A stretch of 64,000 nt of DNA. Source: an uncultured SAR324 cluster bacterium. GTDB lineage: Bacteria > SAR324 > NAC60-12. Position 1 is the first letter of the stretch, and each line of letters starts with the position of its first letter. The DNA lies in the NCBI GenBank assembly GCA_902590435.1, contig CACIWU010000001.1:26921-90920 (forward strand). The letters are read 5' to 3'. The position numbers and the translations under genes were made by a program. Of this stretch, positions 50,358-60,834 are shown piece after piece. A model generated the notes under the pieces. The model saw only the letters and a program-made list of their open reading frames with translations. It ran no database searches and had not been told where the DNA came from.

Positions 50358-51551
50358 TTAATCCCCTTTTCCAATTGGGACCAAATGTTCAAGAGAATTG
50401 ATAGAGTTTTTAGGAATAATAATTTTTTTGTTAGCTGACTTGATATCTTTAAGTCCATTTCCTGTAAGCAATACAACACATGTTTCATTTTTATTTATTA
50501 ATTCTTTTTGTTTCAACAGCCCTGCATAAGCAGTTGCTGAAGCAGGCTCAGAGAATAATCCACAAGTGGAAGATAATTCTTTTTGAGCTAAAAGTATTTC
50601 TTCGTCTGTAACTAAAATACAATGACCTCCATAATTTTCTAAATTTTTCTTCGCCAAGAGTCCATTGCTTGGAACATCCACAGAAATCGAATCTGCAACA
50701 GTTTTTGAAGGAGAAAAATCAAAAAATCCCGACTTCATTGCTCGATATATTGCGGAACTACCAGACGCCTGTATACCATGAATAACAGGAATATTTTTTA
50801 TTAAATCTAGTTTTAATAAATCACGAAATCCTTTATAAATACCGGAAATAATAACACCATCCCCAACACTAACAAAAATATGATCTGGTTCCTTTTTAAG
50901 CTGTTGTAAGAGTTCAAAAGATATAGTTTTTTTCCCTTCAATCGTCATAGGGTTGTATGCTGTGTTACGATTCAAACCACCATATAATTTAGAATACTCA
51001 AGCGAAAGAGAAAATGCTTGATCGTAATTCTTTTCCGCAATCACAACTTCAGCTCCATACTGGAGAGATTGAATCATTTTAGCGGGAGGAGCGTTTTTTG
51101 GTAAAAATAGCTTAACTTTTAAGCCTGCAGCTGCACCAACTCCTGCCATCGAAGACCCCGCGTTACCCGTTGAAGCAACAACAATTTCTTTGATTTGATA
51201 TTTTCTCGCAAAAGCTGCAACTAAAAATGATGCCCTATCTTTAAAAGAACCAGTTGGATTAACTCCATCATCTTTTAAAAACAATTCGGATAAGCCAACT
51301 TTTGCTGAAAGATTTTTAGGATGCCATAATGGAGTATTACCAACAGGAATTGAAGGGAAAAAATTTCGATCTACAGGTAAAAAATCTAACGGATTTTCGC
51401 TTTTTAAAGTCCCACTCAGTTCAACTTCAAGAACTCCATTAAGAGGTTGTCTTGGTTTCTGTTTTAAAGAGCAATCCGGACAAAGCATCAATTCTGGACT
51501 AATCTCATATTCTAAATCACAAAGACTGCATTTATATTTAAAACTTAACAA
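50358..51551 (-). CDS. thrC: threonine synthase (with N-terminal zinc-ribbon)
   Basis: PLP motif NPTGSFKDRAS, STGNAGSS, N-terminal CSLCD...CPDCS ribbon as in short-type ThrC. 21-nt gap to downstream PLP gene. Confidence 0.75.
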   Translation of the reverse strand: MLSFKYKCSLCDLEYEISPELMLCPDCSLKQKPRQPLNGVLEVELSGTLKSENPLDFLPVDRNFFPSIPVGNTPLWHPKNLSAKVGLSELFLKDDGVNPTGSFKDRASFLVAAFARKYQIKEIVVASTGNAGSSMAGVGAAAGLKVKLFLPKNAPPAKMIQSLQYGAEVVIAEKNYDQAFSLSLEYSKLYGGLNRNTAYNPMTIEGKKTISFELLQQLKKEPDHIFVSVGDGVIISGIYKGFRDLLKLDLIKNIPVIHGIQASGSSAIYRAMKSGFFDFSPSKTVADSISVDVPSNGLLAKKNLENYGGHCILVTDEEILLAQKELSSTCGLFSEPASATAYAGLLKQKELINKNETCVVLLTGNGLKDIKSANKKIIIPKNSINSLEHLVPIGKGD

Positions 51552-51675
51552 CCTTAAACCTTTCTTTCTTATTCTTTATGTTTTTTAAAAATTTTAACTC
51601 CCTAAAAACTTAATCATACTAAAATCCTAAACAAAAAACGAGAACATTTATCTTGGTTAATGATTTATTTTATAC

Positions 51676-54600
51676 TTAATAGTGGAATTCCAAAGTTTCT
51701 AAAGGTAGGATCTCCTCAAGCTCCTCAAACAATTCAGGAGAAAAACTAATTTTTTCTTCGGGAGTAATTGTAACATTAACAGATTCAGGAGTTTTTATTA
51801 AAAAAGTAAAAGTTTTTTCTCCTGAAAATTTCAGCATAGTATTTCTAAGCAAAATCAATTCATCTTCACGAAGAGGTTCTGAACCCATTCTCAATGACAT
51901 GCTTTTAGCTTCTAACTCCCTTACTTCACTAATTAATCTAATCATATCAACAAATATCCCAACTTTTTCATCTCTATAATTAACCCTGCCTGAAATTAAT
52001 AAAGGGTCATCACTTTCCAAAAGCTCACCATATTTTTCAAAAACTTTTGAAAAGACAGGTAACTCAATTGTTCCTCGCATATCTTCTAAAATTACTATAG
52101 AAAACTTAGTATTATTTTGTGTAAGACGTACAGTATTATTGACAACAGTTCCTATTAAAGAAACTTTTTCATTTTCAGCATGTACCCCATCCTTTAATCT
52201 TGCTGTAGTTGTAGCCAACAAATTTAACTCAGAGGAATAACTGTCAAGAGGGTGGCCTGAAACATAAAATCCCAAAGCCAATTTTTCTTGTTTGAGACGT
52301 TCTCTTTTTGGCCAATTACGTACTTCAGGAAATTCTAGTTGAGTTTCTGTAGCTTCTGCATCTCCATCATCCATTAATTCAAATAAGCTTTCCTGAGATG
52401 GATCCTCTGCAAGTTGAAATTCCTGAGCCAAATGAAATGCATTTTCAAGAGCAGCAAATAATTGTGCTCTGTTTTCATGAAGAGAATCGAAAGATCCACA
52501 CTTTACTAAGGTTTCAAGAACTCTTCTATTAACATCATTTAAATTAACCTTTTTCATAAACTCCATAAAATCAGTTAATTGAGTTTTTTCATTCTTTACT
52601 TTTAGAATCGCATCAACTGCTTTACTTCCAACATTTTTTACTGCATTCAAACCAAAACGTATTACTTCAACTCTAGATTCCCTTCGAAGCCAATTTACAA
52701 AAGATGATCCTTCTCCTAAAATAGAGGAACTAGAATTATGACTAATAGAATCAAATTTTTTTGAAATTTTTTCTAGAAACTCTTTTTCATTTTTGAAGTC
52801 TTGATTGAGGATTGATTTTAGTGAAATCATCATTGATTCAACTTCTTCTTCATTAAGAATATCTGCTTGAACATTTTTACGCATAAAATCTCTTTCAAAA
52901 TGCGCTAAAGTCAATAAGGTAATTTTAAATTCCTCAGGAGCCACAGTAAAAGTTTTTATGCTATTATTAACATCGGGTGGTAATACTTTTATCCCCATCG
53001 TCTTGCATTCACTTATGTAGTTAATAATATTTTCTTGATTATTAATAGCACCATTAAATAATGCAGCCATTATTTGTACAGGGTAATGTGCTTTTAGAAA
53101 TGCAGTTTGGTATGAAATCAAACCATAGGCTACACTATGAGATTTGTTAAACCCGTAGCCTGAGAAGTAGTATATAATATCAAAAATTTCATTTGCTTTT
53201 TCCTTAGGATTGCTTTCTTTAGGACATTGTTCTACAAACTGAATATTTTTCATACATCCCTCAACAAACCGCAGACGCTGCTCATTCAAAATCTCTGGAG
53301 TCTTTTTCCCAATTGCACGACGCAATAAATCAGACTCACCCAAAGAAAATCCAGCTAGAACTTGCACGCTTTTTATAATTTGTTCTTGGTAAACTAATAC
53401 ACCATATGTTTCCTTCAAAATACCCTCCATTAAAGGATGAGGATAAACAACTCTCTTTTTACCATGTTTACATTGTACATAATCTTCTACCATACCTGAT
53501 CCTAAGGGACCTGGTCTATAAAGAGCCAATATTGCAACTATATCTCCAAAAGTCGTTGGCTGCATACTTGAAACCAGGCGTTTCATTCCAGAAGATTCTA
53601 ACTGAAAAACCCCTACAGTATCTGCCCTACACAACAAATCAAAAGTTAAATTATCATCCATAGGAATTTCACTAATATCTAACTTAACCTTGTCTTTACG
53701 ACTTTCAATAATCAAATCCAGAGTATTATCTATGGTAGAAAGATTTTGTAAGCCGAGAAAATCAAACTTGACTGCACCTTGGTCCTCTGCATATTTCATC
53801 GGATACATAGACTGAAGTGTTCCGTCCTTACCTGTACATACCGGCATAACTTCCCGAATATCTTGATTCATTATTATGACACCAGCAGCATGAGTACCTA
53901 AATGAGTATTTAAATCTTCCAGTTGCATACTAAAATTTATCAAACGTTTCTCATTTTCGCTCCCTTCTTTAGCTAATAAAGACAATGCAGGTTCTCTTTC
54001 AAGTGCCTGACCAAGAGTTATATTTAAATCATTAGGTATCAGTTTTGCGATTTTATCCGCTTCAGAATAAGGGAAATCTAGAACTCTTGCCACTCCCCTA
54101 ACTACAGCTTTTGCCTTTAGAGAACCAAAAGTGGATATCTGGCAAACATTTTTCTCTCCATATTTTTCACGAACATGTTCAATCACTTTTTCTCTCCCGG
54201 CAACATCAAAATCAATGTCAAAATCTGGAAGACTTACACGGTATGGATTCAAAAAACGTTCAAATAGTAATCCATAGCGAAGTGGATCTATATCTGTAAT
54301 TAACAAAGAATAAGCAACTAATGACCCTGCACCAGAACCTCTTCCAGGCCCAACAGAGACTCCATTATCTTTCGCCCATTTGATGAACTCTGAAACAATT
54401 AAAAAATACCCCGGATATTCCATCTGAATAATTACTTCTAATTCAAAACTTAAACGCTCCGCATAGGGCTTTTGAAATTCTTCAAAAGAAACTTGTGGAT
54501 TATAAAGTTCGTAAAGTCTCTTAATTCTTTTTTCAAAACCTATTTTAGATTCATTTCGAAGTTTATTTTCAATTGTCTCATCATCACTTGTAGGAATTTG

Positions 54601-55458
54601 TGGAAGAAATATTTTATTATTTTCTAGTGATAAATTACATTGATCTGCAATTTTATTAGCATTTTCTAGGCAAATCATGGGCAAACCTTTAAATGCAGAA
54701 ACCATTTCTTCCGAACTTTTTAAGTAACACTGATTCCCAGACTGAATTGGAGCTTCATTGTCCGAAACTTTAAGTTGTAATCCCATTAAACGAAGTATAT
54801 GTTGCGCTTCTGCTTCTTCAGGAGTTAGATAGAAACAATTATTTGTCCCCACTAATGGGATATCCAATTCACTTCCCAATTCTACTAGCTGATTGTTAAG
54901 ATTTTGCTGCTCCGAAAGTCCTGTATTTTGTATTTCAATATAATATCTGTCCTTAAAAAGATCCTTGAAACGTATTGCAACTTGTCGAGCATTTTCAATT
55001 CTTCCTTCGAGCAGACAAATATTAATTTCACTATCCATTCCTCCACTAAGTACAACTAAATCTTCATTATATTTTTCAAGCATTTCATTATTAATAATTG
55101 GCACTCCATTAATCTTACCCTTTGTATAACTAAGACTAACCAAATAATTCAAATTATGATAACCATTACGATTTTGACAAAGAAAAATAACATGCCCTGG
55201 ATAGTTAAATTTTTTTGTGGGAAAGTTTTGAATTTCTTTATCGTTTCCTTCAATCACTGAAGCTCCTAAACCTATTATAGGTTTTAAATTCGAATCTTTC
55301 ATGGCATGATAAAATTCAACAGCACCGAACATGTTGCCGTGATCAGTTATTGCACAAGACCCAAACCCTTTACTTTTAAGTGTGGGGATTAAATTTTTTA
55401 TGCGTATTGCTCCCTCAAGTAAAGAATATTGAGTATGCAAATGGAGGTGGGTAAACAT
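51676..55458 (-). CDS. dnaE: DNA polymerase III alpha subunit
   Basis: 1260 aa. PHP domain HLHLHTQYSLLEG, polymerase core, OB fold. Confidence 0.95.
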   Translation of the reverse strand: MFTHLHLHTQYSLLEGAIRIKNLIPTLKSKGFGSCAITDHGNMFGAVEFYHAMKDSNLKPIIGLGASVIEGNDKEIQNFPTKKFNYPGHVIFLCQNRNGYHNLNYLVSLSYTKGKINGVPIINNEMLEKYNEDLVVLSGGMDSEINICLLEGRIENARQVAIRFKDLFKDRYYIEIQNTGLSEQQNLNNQLVELGSELDIPLVGTNNCFYLTPEEAEAQHILRLMGLQLKVSDNEAPIQSGNQCYLKSSEEMVSAFKGLPMICLENANKIADQCNLSLENNKIFLPQIPTSDDETIENKLRNESKIGFEKRIKRLYELYNPQVSFEEFQKPYAERLSFELEVIIQMEYPGYFLIVSEFIKWAKDNGVSVGPGRGSGAGSLVAYSLLITDIDPLRYGLLFERFLNPYRVSLPDFDIDFDVAGREKVIEHVREKYGEKNVCQISTFGSLKAKAVVRGVARVLDFPYSEADKIAKLIPNDLNITLGQALEREPALSLLAKEGSENEKRLINFSMQLEDLNTHLGTHAAGVIIMNQDIREVMPVCTGKDGTLQSMYPMKYAEDQGAVKFDFLGLQNLSTIDNTLDLIIESRKDKVKLDISEIPMDDNLTFDLLCRADTVGVFQLESSGMKRLVSSMQPTTFGDIVAILALYRPGPLGSGMVEDYVQCKHGKKRVVYPHPLMEGILKETYGVLVYQEQIIKSVQVLAGFSLGESDLLRRAIGKKTPEILNEQRLRFVEGCMKNIQFVEQCPKESNPKEKANEIFDIIYYFSGYGFNKSHSVAYGLISYQTAFLKAHYPVQIMAALFNGAINNQENIINYISECKTMGIKVLPPDVNNSIKTFTVAPEEFKITLLTLAHFERDFMRKNVQADILNEEEVESMMISLKSILNQDFKNEKEFLEKISKKFDSISHNSSSSILGEGSSFVNWLRRESRVEVIRFGLNAVKNVGSKAVDAILKVKNEKTQLTDFMEFMKKVNLNDVNRRVLETLVKCGSFDSLHENRAQLFAALENAFHLAQEFQLAEDPSQESLFELMDDGDAEATETQLEFPEVRNWPKRERLKQEKLALGFYVSGHPLDSYSSELNLLATTTARLKDGVHAENEKVSLIGTVVNNTVRLTQNNTKFSIVILEDMRGTIELPVFSKVFEKYGELLESDDPLLISGRVNYRDEKVGIFVDMIRLISEVRELEAKSMSLRMGSEPLREDELILLRNTMLKFSGEKTFTFLIKTPESVNVTITPEEKISFSPELFEELEEILPLETLEFHY

Positions 55459-55650
55459 ATTTTTTGGATATTTTTTTTTCGAAGATATTTTTCAATTATG
55501 CTACATGAAATCCTTTTGTCAGACAAGATTCTTATAAGAAAATAACGAGAAATTTACCTATTTAGTTTATAGTACTACAAGTTGAAAGAATAAAAATAGA
55601 CAATTTTAACCAAAAGATTTTTTAATTACCTTCTTTGGAGTTGTCATCTC

Positions 55651-55697
55651 CACATTCTTAATGTAATCTGTTTTGCAGAAAAAATGTTAAGAATGTG
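55651..55697. promoter_or_regulatory. 11-bp perfect inverted repeat CACATTCTTAA-N25-TTAAGAATGTG upstream of Mo-hydroxylase operon
   Basis: Seen directly. Arms at 55651-55661 and 55687-55697, ~47 nt upstream of the FAD-subunit ATG. Candidate operator or 5'-UTR hairpin. Confidence 0.3.
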
Positions 55698-55743
55698 CAA
55701 TTAAATTAAATTTCAGAGAGTTTGTTTAGGGGATAAAGTTTTT

Positions 55744-56574
55744 ATGTCAGCTTATGTTAGACCTGATAATCTTGAAGAAGCATTGGAGTTCTTAAGTGAA
55801 CAGCCTAGAATTTTACTCTCCGGAGGGACTGATTTCTTCCCAGCTAGAGTTGGTAAACCAATCAAAGAAAATGTACTTGATATAACTGGGATTACCAGTT
55901 TAAGATCTATTGAAATGACAAGTGAATATATAAAAATCGGAGCCCTAACTACATGGTCTGATATAGTTCAGTCAAAACTGCCTCCAGCTTTCAACGGATT
56001 AAAAAAAGCTGCAATTACAATTGGTGGTATACAAACTCAAAATGCTGCAACTATATGTGGTAATATATGTAATGCCTCTCCTGCAGCTGACAGTGTCCCA
56101 AATTTGATGGCATTAGATGCCAGAGTAAAATTACAATCTTTAAATGAATCAAGAATTCTTAATTTAGAGGATTTTCTAATAGGAAACAGAAAAACCTTAA
56201 GGAAGCCAAACGAATTGGTTAGTGAAATTTTAATTCCACATCCCAAAGAAAGTTCTTATGGAAATTTCGAAAAATTGGGAGCTCGCGCTTATCTAGTAAT
56301 TTCTATAGTAATGGTTGGAGCTGTAGTTGAATTGGATAAAAAACAAACCGTTTTAAATTTAAAAATAGCTGTTGGATCTTGCTCACCAGTTGCTAAAAGA
56401 CTTAAATTACTAGAAAAAGAAGCTGTAGGACAAAAAATTAAAACTATAAGAATCGAACCAAAGCACATTGATTCTTTGAAGCCAATAGATGATATAAGAG
56501 CAACAGCTAATTACAGAGCTAAAATCATTCCCGAATTGTTAAAAAGAGTAATCAAGGGAGTTGTAAAGCTATGA
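55744..56574 (+). CDS. molybdenum hydroxylase FAD-binding subunit (YgfM/CoxM-like)
   Basis: SD AGGGGA. FAD_binding_5 signature LLSGGTDFFP, CO-dehydrogenase flavoprotein C-domain. 4-nt ATGA overlap with next gene. Confidence 0.8.
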   Translation: MSAYVRPDNLEEALEFLSEQPRILLSGGTDFFPARVGKPIKENVLDITGITSLRSIEMTSEYIKIGALTTWSDIVQSKLPPAFNGLKKAAITIGGIQTQNAATICGNICNASPAADSVPNLMALDARVKLQSLNESRILNLEDFLIGNRKTLRKPNELVSEILIPHPKESSYGNFEKLGARAYLVISIVMVGAVVELDKKQTVLNLKIAVGSCSPVAKRLKLLEKEAVGQKIKTIRIEPKHIDSLKPIDDIRATANYRAKIIPELLKRVIKGVVKL

Positions 56575-59327
56575 GTATAATTGAAAACACTTCCATATCT
56601 TTCGTTTTAAATAATATTCCTCAAAGACTTTCAGTAAATCCGTTGAGTAGATTTTCCGACATTCTTAGAGATCATCTAGGTCTTACAGGCACTAAAGTAG
56701 GATGTGATGCAGGAGATTGTGGAGCTTGTACTATTCAAATTAATGGAGAACAGCGCTACGCTTGTTTAACAGCAACTGGACAATTAGAAGGATGTGATGT
56801 GCGAACTGTTGAAGGACTTTCAACAAATGGTTCAATTTCATCCCTCCAAAAAGCTTTCCTTGAAGAAGGGGCTGCTCAGTGTGGAATTTGTACCCCTGGG
56901 ATGTTAATGGCAGCTCAATCATTACTGGATAAGAATCCAAACCCCAAAAAACAACAAATTCTTGATGCACTCGGAGGAGTACTTTGTCGTTGTACTGGAT
57001 ATACAAAAATCGTTCAGGCCGTAATCAAAGCTGGGAAAGGATTATCAAATAAACAGATTGACAATTCTATTTCTTCCGTTGGAACTCGTATGGAAAAAGT
57101 AGACGGGATAAAGAAAATTAAGGGAAAAGAAATTTTCGGTGCAGATGTTTCCCCAAAGAATTCTCTTTGGCTAAAGGCTATCAGATCTCCGCATTTTAGA
57201 GCTAAATTCTCCCATGATGATCCAGATATAATTTTACAAAGATTTCCAGGTATAAAAAAAATTCTCACTGAAAAAGATATCACTGGTAATAACGGGTTTG
57301 GTATTTATCCAGACATAAAAGATCAACCAGTTTTAGCAAAAGGACATGTCAGATACAGAGGAGAAGCAGTAGTTGCCCTTGTGGGCGAAAAAGAAACTGT
57401 AGAATCCCTTAATGATGAAGATCTGGGATTAAAATGGGAACCTCTAGAAGCCATTCGTGGATGGGATGCTGCTCTTTCAGGAAAATTCGAACCAGTTCAA
57501 TCAGAAATCCCTGACAATATTTTAGCAGAGGGTTACCTCAAAAAAAATGATGTAAAAAAAGGTTTTGAAGAATCTTTTAAAACAGCAGAAGGACATTGGA
57601 TTACTTCTGCTGTTGAACATGGATATATCGAACCTGAAGCAGGTTATGCAGAAAAAGTTGGTCAACGTTTGAACATTTTTGTCTGTACTCAAACTCCATA
57701 TATGGATCAGGCAGAAATTGCTCAAGTTTTGGGAATTAATGCAAATCAAATCCGAATTATTCCTTCAGCTGTCGGTGGAGGATTTGGAGGAAAATTAGAT
57801 CTTTCTCTTCAACCATTAATCGCTCTTGCAGCTTGGATTTTAGATCGTCCTGTTCGTTGTATTTATTCCCGTCCAGAATCTTTAGCTTCAACAACAAAAC
57901 GACATCCAGTTCGTGCATTTGCAAAAGCAGGCTGTAATAGTGAAGGTAAGTTAACTGCATTTGAATATCATGGAGATTTCAATACAGGTGCGTACGCATC
58001 ATGGGGACCCACTGTTGCTGATAGAGTTCCCATTCATTGTACTGGCCCTTATTTTGTTCCAAATGTCCTTTCAAAAACTCGTGCACTTCTTACAAATGAA
58101 TCTCCTTCAGGGGCCTTCAGAGGTTTCGGTACTCCTCAAGCAGCAATTGCACATGAAGCACTTATGGACATTCTTGCTGAAAAAATGGGAATGGATCCAC
58201 TAGATTTTCGTATCAATAACGCAATTCGTAAAGGAGATAAAACTAATACCGGACAATTGCTAGAATACAGCGTAGGCCAAGTAGAATGTTTAGAATCTCT
58301 CAAAAATTCTTGGATTGAGTGGCGCAAAAAAAGTTTATTATACAATACTAAAAATAGAACACTCAAACAAGGAGTTGGATGTGGTTGTGTATGGTATGGA
58401 TGTGGTAACACAGCAATGTCAAACCCATCTACCATGCGAGTGGGGATAAACCATAATGGTAAAATAACTTTGTACAATGGAGCAGTAGATATTGGGCAAG
58501 GTGCTAATACAATTATGATTCAAATTTGTGCTGAATCACTAGGACTACCAGCCACACAATTTGAATTTGTAATGAGTGACACTGATCTTACTGCAGATGC
58601 TGGTAAAACATCTGCTTCGAGACAAACTTTCGTATCTGGTAAAGCTGCGCAGCTTGCTGGAGAAAATTTAAGAGCCCAAATTATCCATCTTGCAGAAGCA
58701 TCCGAAAATGCTTTTCTTAGAATTGAAGAGAATAAACTAATTGTAAAAGATGATTCAGGAGAACATTCCTTGATACTTTCTGATATCTTACCAAAATCGA
58801 ACGGAGATGTACTTATAGGTGAAGGAACATTTGATCCACCTACTACACCACTAGATGAAAATAGACAAGGAGATCCATATGCCACTTATGGATTTGGTGC
58901 CCAGATTGCTCTAGTAGAAGTAGATACTTTATTGGGAACCACCAAAGTAATTAAAATAGCAGCTGCCCATGATGTGGGAAAAGCTATAAATCCAACACAA
59001 GTAGAAGGACAGATTCAAGGTGGAATCGCACAAGGATTAGGGTTGGCATTAATGGAAGAATATATACAAGAATATAGTGAAAATTTTCACGATTATCTTA
59101 TGCCAACTGTTGGAGATATGCCGGACATAGATATAATACTTATTGAAGACCATGAACCTTTAGGTCCTTATGGTGCAAAGGGAATTGGCGAGCATGCCCT
59201 AATTCCGACAGCACCAGCTATTATTGGAGCTATCAAGGATGCTACTGGTATTTCTATCCACCACGTCCCCGCCACACCTGATCGTGTTCTTAAAGCACTC
59301 CATGACAGTAAATTATATAATGTCTGA
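56571..59327 (+). CDS. molybdenum hydroxylase, fused 2Fe-2S + molybdopterin-binding subunit (XdhD-like)
   Basis: N-terminal plant-type and second 2Fe-2S motifs (CDAGDCGACT; CGICTPGM, CRCTGY) followed by aldehyde-oxidase/xanthine-dehydrogenase a/b hammerhead and MoCo domains. 918 aa. Confidence 0.85.
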   Translation: MSIIENTSISFVLNNIPQRLSVNPLSRFSDILRDHLGLTGTKVGCDAGDCGACTIQINGEQRYACLTATGQLEGCDVRTVEGLSTNGSISSLQKAFLEEGAAQCGICTPGMLMAAQSLLDKNPNPKKQQILDALGGVLCRCTGYTKIVQAVIKAGKGLSNKQIDNSISSVGTRMEKVDGIKKIKGKEIFGADVSPKNSLWLKAIRSPHFRAKFSHDDPDIILQRFPGIKKILTEKDITGNNGFGIYPDIKDQPVLAKGHVRYRGEAVVALVGEKETVESLNDEDLGLKWEPLEAIRGWDAALSGKFEPVQSEIPDNILAEGYLKKNDVKKGFEESFKTAEGHWITSAVEHGYIEPEAGYAEKVGQRLNIFVCTQTPYMDQAEIAQVLGINANQIRIIPSAVGGGFGGKLDLSLQPLIALAAWILDRPVRCIYSRPESLASTTKRHPVRAFAKAGCNSEGKLTAFEYHGDFNTGAYASWGPTVADRVPIHCTGPYFVPNVLSKTRALLTNESPSGAFRGFGTPQAAIAHEALMDILAEKMGMDPLDFRINNAIRKGDKTNTGQLLEYSVGQVECLESLKNSWIEWRKKSLLYNTKNRTLKQGVGCGCVWYGCGNTAMSNPSTMRVGINHNGKITLYNGAVDIGQGANTIMIQICAESLGLPATQFEFVMSDTDLTADAGKTSASRQTFVSGKAAQLAGENLRAQIIHLAEASENAFLRIEENKLIVKDDSGEHSLILSDILPKSNGDVLIGEGTFDPPTTPLDENRQGDPYATYGFGAQIALVEVDTLLGTTKVIKIAAAHDVGKAINPTQVEGQIQGGIAQGLGLALMEEYIQEYSENFHDYLMPTVGDMPDIDIILIEDHEPLGPYGAKGIGEHALIPTAPAIIGAIKDATGISIHHVPATPDRVLKALHDSKLYNV

Positions 59328-60780
59328 TTCTGAAAAAGATTCCTCTGATAATAAAGTCAATTGTGATGCGTGCCCCATTCTTTGTAGAATAAGTCCTGGT
59401 AAAACTGGTTCTTGCGATCGTTATGGAAATTTCGAAGGTAAATTAAAACGTATTGATCCTATAATTCTTACTCAAAAAACCGTCGAAAAAAATGAAGCTC
59501 TAGTACCTTTTAGTGAAAATACTTTAAATTGGAAAGGATCTGTTATTAATCATGAGACTATTTTCCCTACTGCTATAGGTGCTGGAACAACTTATCCAGA
59601 TTACAAACCCGCTCCTTTTATTATTGCAAGCAAGCATGATGATATTGACATGATAACTGTTGTAACAGAGGGAATTTTTAGTTATTGCAGTTATAAAATT
59701 AAAATTGATACCGACCGCTATGTGGGACCGGAACAATCTTCTGTAAAATGTGAGGGAGAGAATGTTGGTCATGTTATGACAGCTGAATATGGCTCTCAAA
59801 TGTTATCGTTAGGAGGAGTACATCATTTAACTGGAGGAAGTAAGCAAGAAGGCCGGATAACCTGTCAGATGATGGAAGATTTAGGTAATCAAAAGTCTGT
59901 TGAATTAGAAATTGAAAATGGATCTAAGTTGATTATTCAAGCAGGTAAATCACCAATAATAGATGATATCCAGGAAGAAAGAATGAGAGTAGGATGTGGT
60001 TCTGCTACCATAGGAATCTTTGCTCAACAGTGGTTCGGTAAAGTAGATGAAGTTATTGTAGTTGACGAACATATTACGGGAATGCTTTCTGAACACCAAG
60101 CAGGTAGGTATATAGGGATGAAACCTTCTGGTATTCGATTAAGAGGACGCCGCTCAACTCCTGGAAGATATTTTCAAGTCGCCAATCCAGGACATGGTTG
60201 GGGAGGAACAGATATTTCTGATCCATTAGAAATCATAGATCGTATTAAAGAAGGAGTATCATTCCCTGGGTTAAAACTTTTAATGGTCAGCACAACCGGT
60301 GAGGACGCAGCTTACTTTGTTTTAAACGAAAATTTAAAACCTTGCAAAGAACGCATTCCAGGAGAACTTCAAAAAGTAGTTGATCGCATTGGTGAAAACT
60401 GTGAACCCGCCCAAAGTAGTGTTCTATTCGTGGCCGGAGCAGGAGGTAGTTTGAGAGCTGGAGTTACTGAAAATCCAGTTCGATTGACACGGTCCGTTAG
60501 GCAAATGATAACTCGAACAACATGTGGGGGTGCGCCAGTCTATGTTTGGCCAGGAGGAGGAATAACAGTAATGGTTGATGTATCAAAAATGCCTCAAAAT
60601 TCATTTGGCAGCGTTCCCACTCCAGCTATAGTCGCACCAATTGAATTTACCATGAAACTAAAAGATTTTGAGGATTTAGGAGGGCATCTAAACCATGTAA
60701 GGGAAATCGAAAAAATACCTGAAAATCGAGAAACCAAAATTATAAATTGGAATGAAAAAAATCCGTGGCCATTTCCATAG
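59320..60780 (+). CDS. hypothetical Cys-rich 486-aa protein, translationally coupled to Mo-hydroxylase
   Basis: ATG at 59320 overlaps upstream stop (ATGTCTGA). N-terminal C-x2-C-x3-C-x9-C cluster. Several Gly-rich loops. No recognised family. Confidence 0.55.
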   Translation: MSDSEKDSSDNKVNCDACPILCRISPGKTGSCDRYGNFEGKLKRIDPIILTQKTVEKNEALVPFSENTLNWKGSVINHETIFPTAIGAGTTYPDYKPAPFIIASKHDDIDMITVVTEGIFSYCSYKIKIDTDRYVGPEQSSVKCEGENVGHVMTAEYGSQMLSLGGVHHLTGGSKQEGRITCQMMEDLGNQKSVELEIENGSKLIIQAGKSPIIDDIQEERMRVGCGSATIGIFAQQWFGKVDEVIVVDEHITGMLSEHQAGRYIGMKPSGIRLRGRRSTPGRYFQVANPGHGWGGTDISDPLEIIDRIKEGVSFPGLKLLMVSTTGEDAAYFVLNENLKPCKERIPGELQKVVDRIGENCEPAQSSVLFVAGAGGSLRAGVTENPVRLTRSVRQMITRTTCGGAPVYVWPGGGITVMVDVSKMPQNSFGSVPTPAIVAPIEFTMKLKDFEDLGGHLNHVREIEKIPENRETKIINWNEKNPWPFP

Positions 60781-60834
60781 AAAAAAATTTCACATTTTTA
60801 TAAGAAAATTAATAATAATCGATAATCAATCTCA

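Noticed and set aside
59224-59319. Upstream in-frame extension of the Cys-rich ORF (start at 59224, MELSRMLLVF...)
   Set aside because: It would overlap the last 100 nt of the Mo-hydroxylase gene. The internal ATG at 59320 gives a classic coupled ATGTCTGA junction and a hydrophilic N-terminus, so the extension is likely non-coding.
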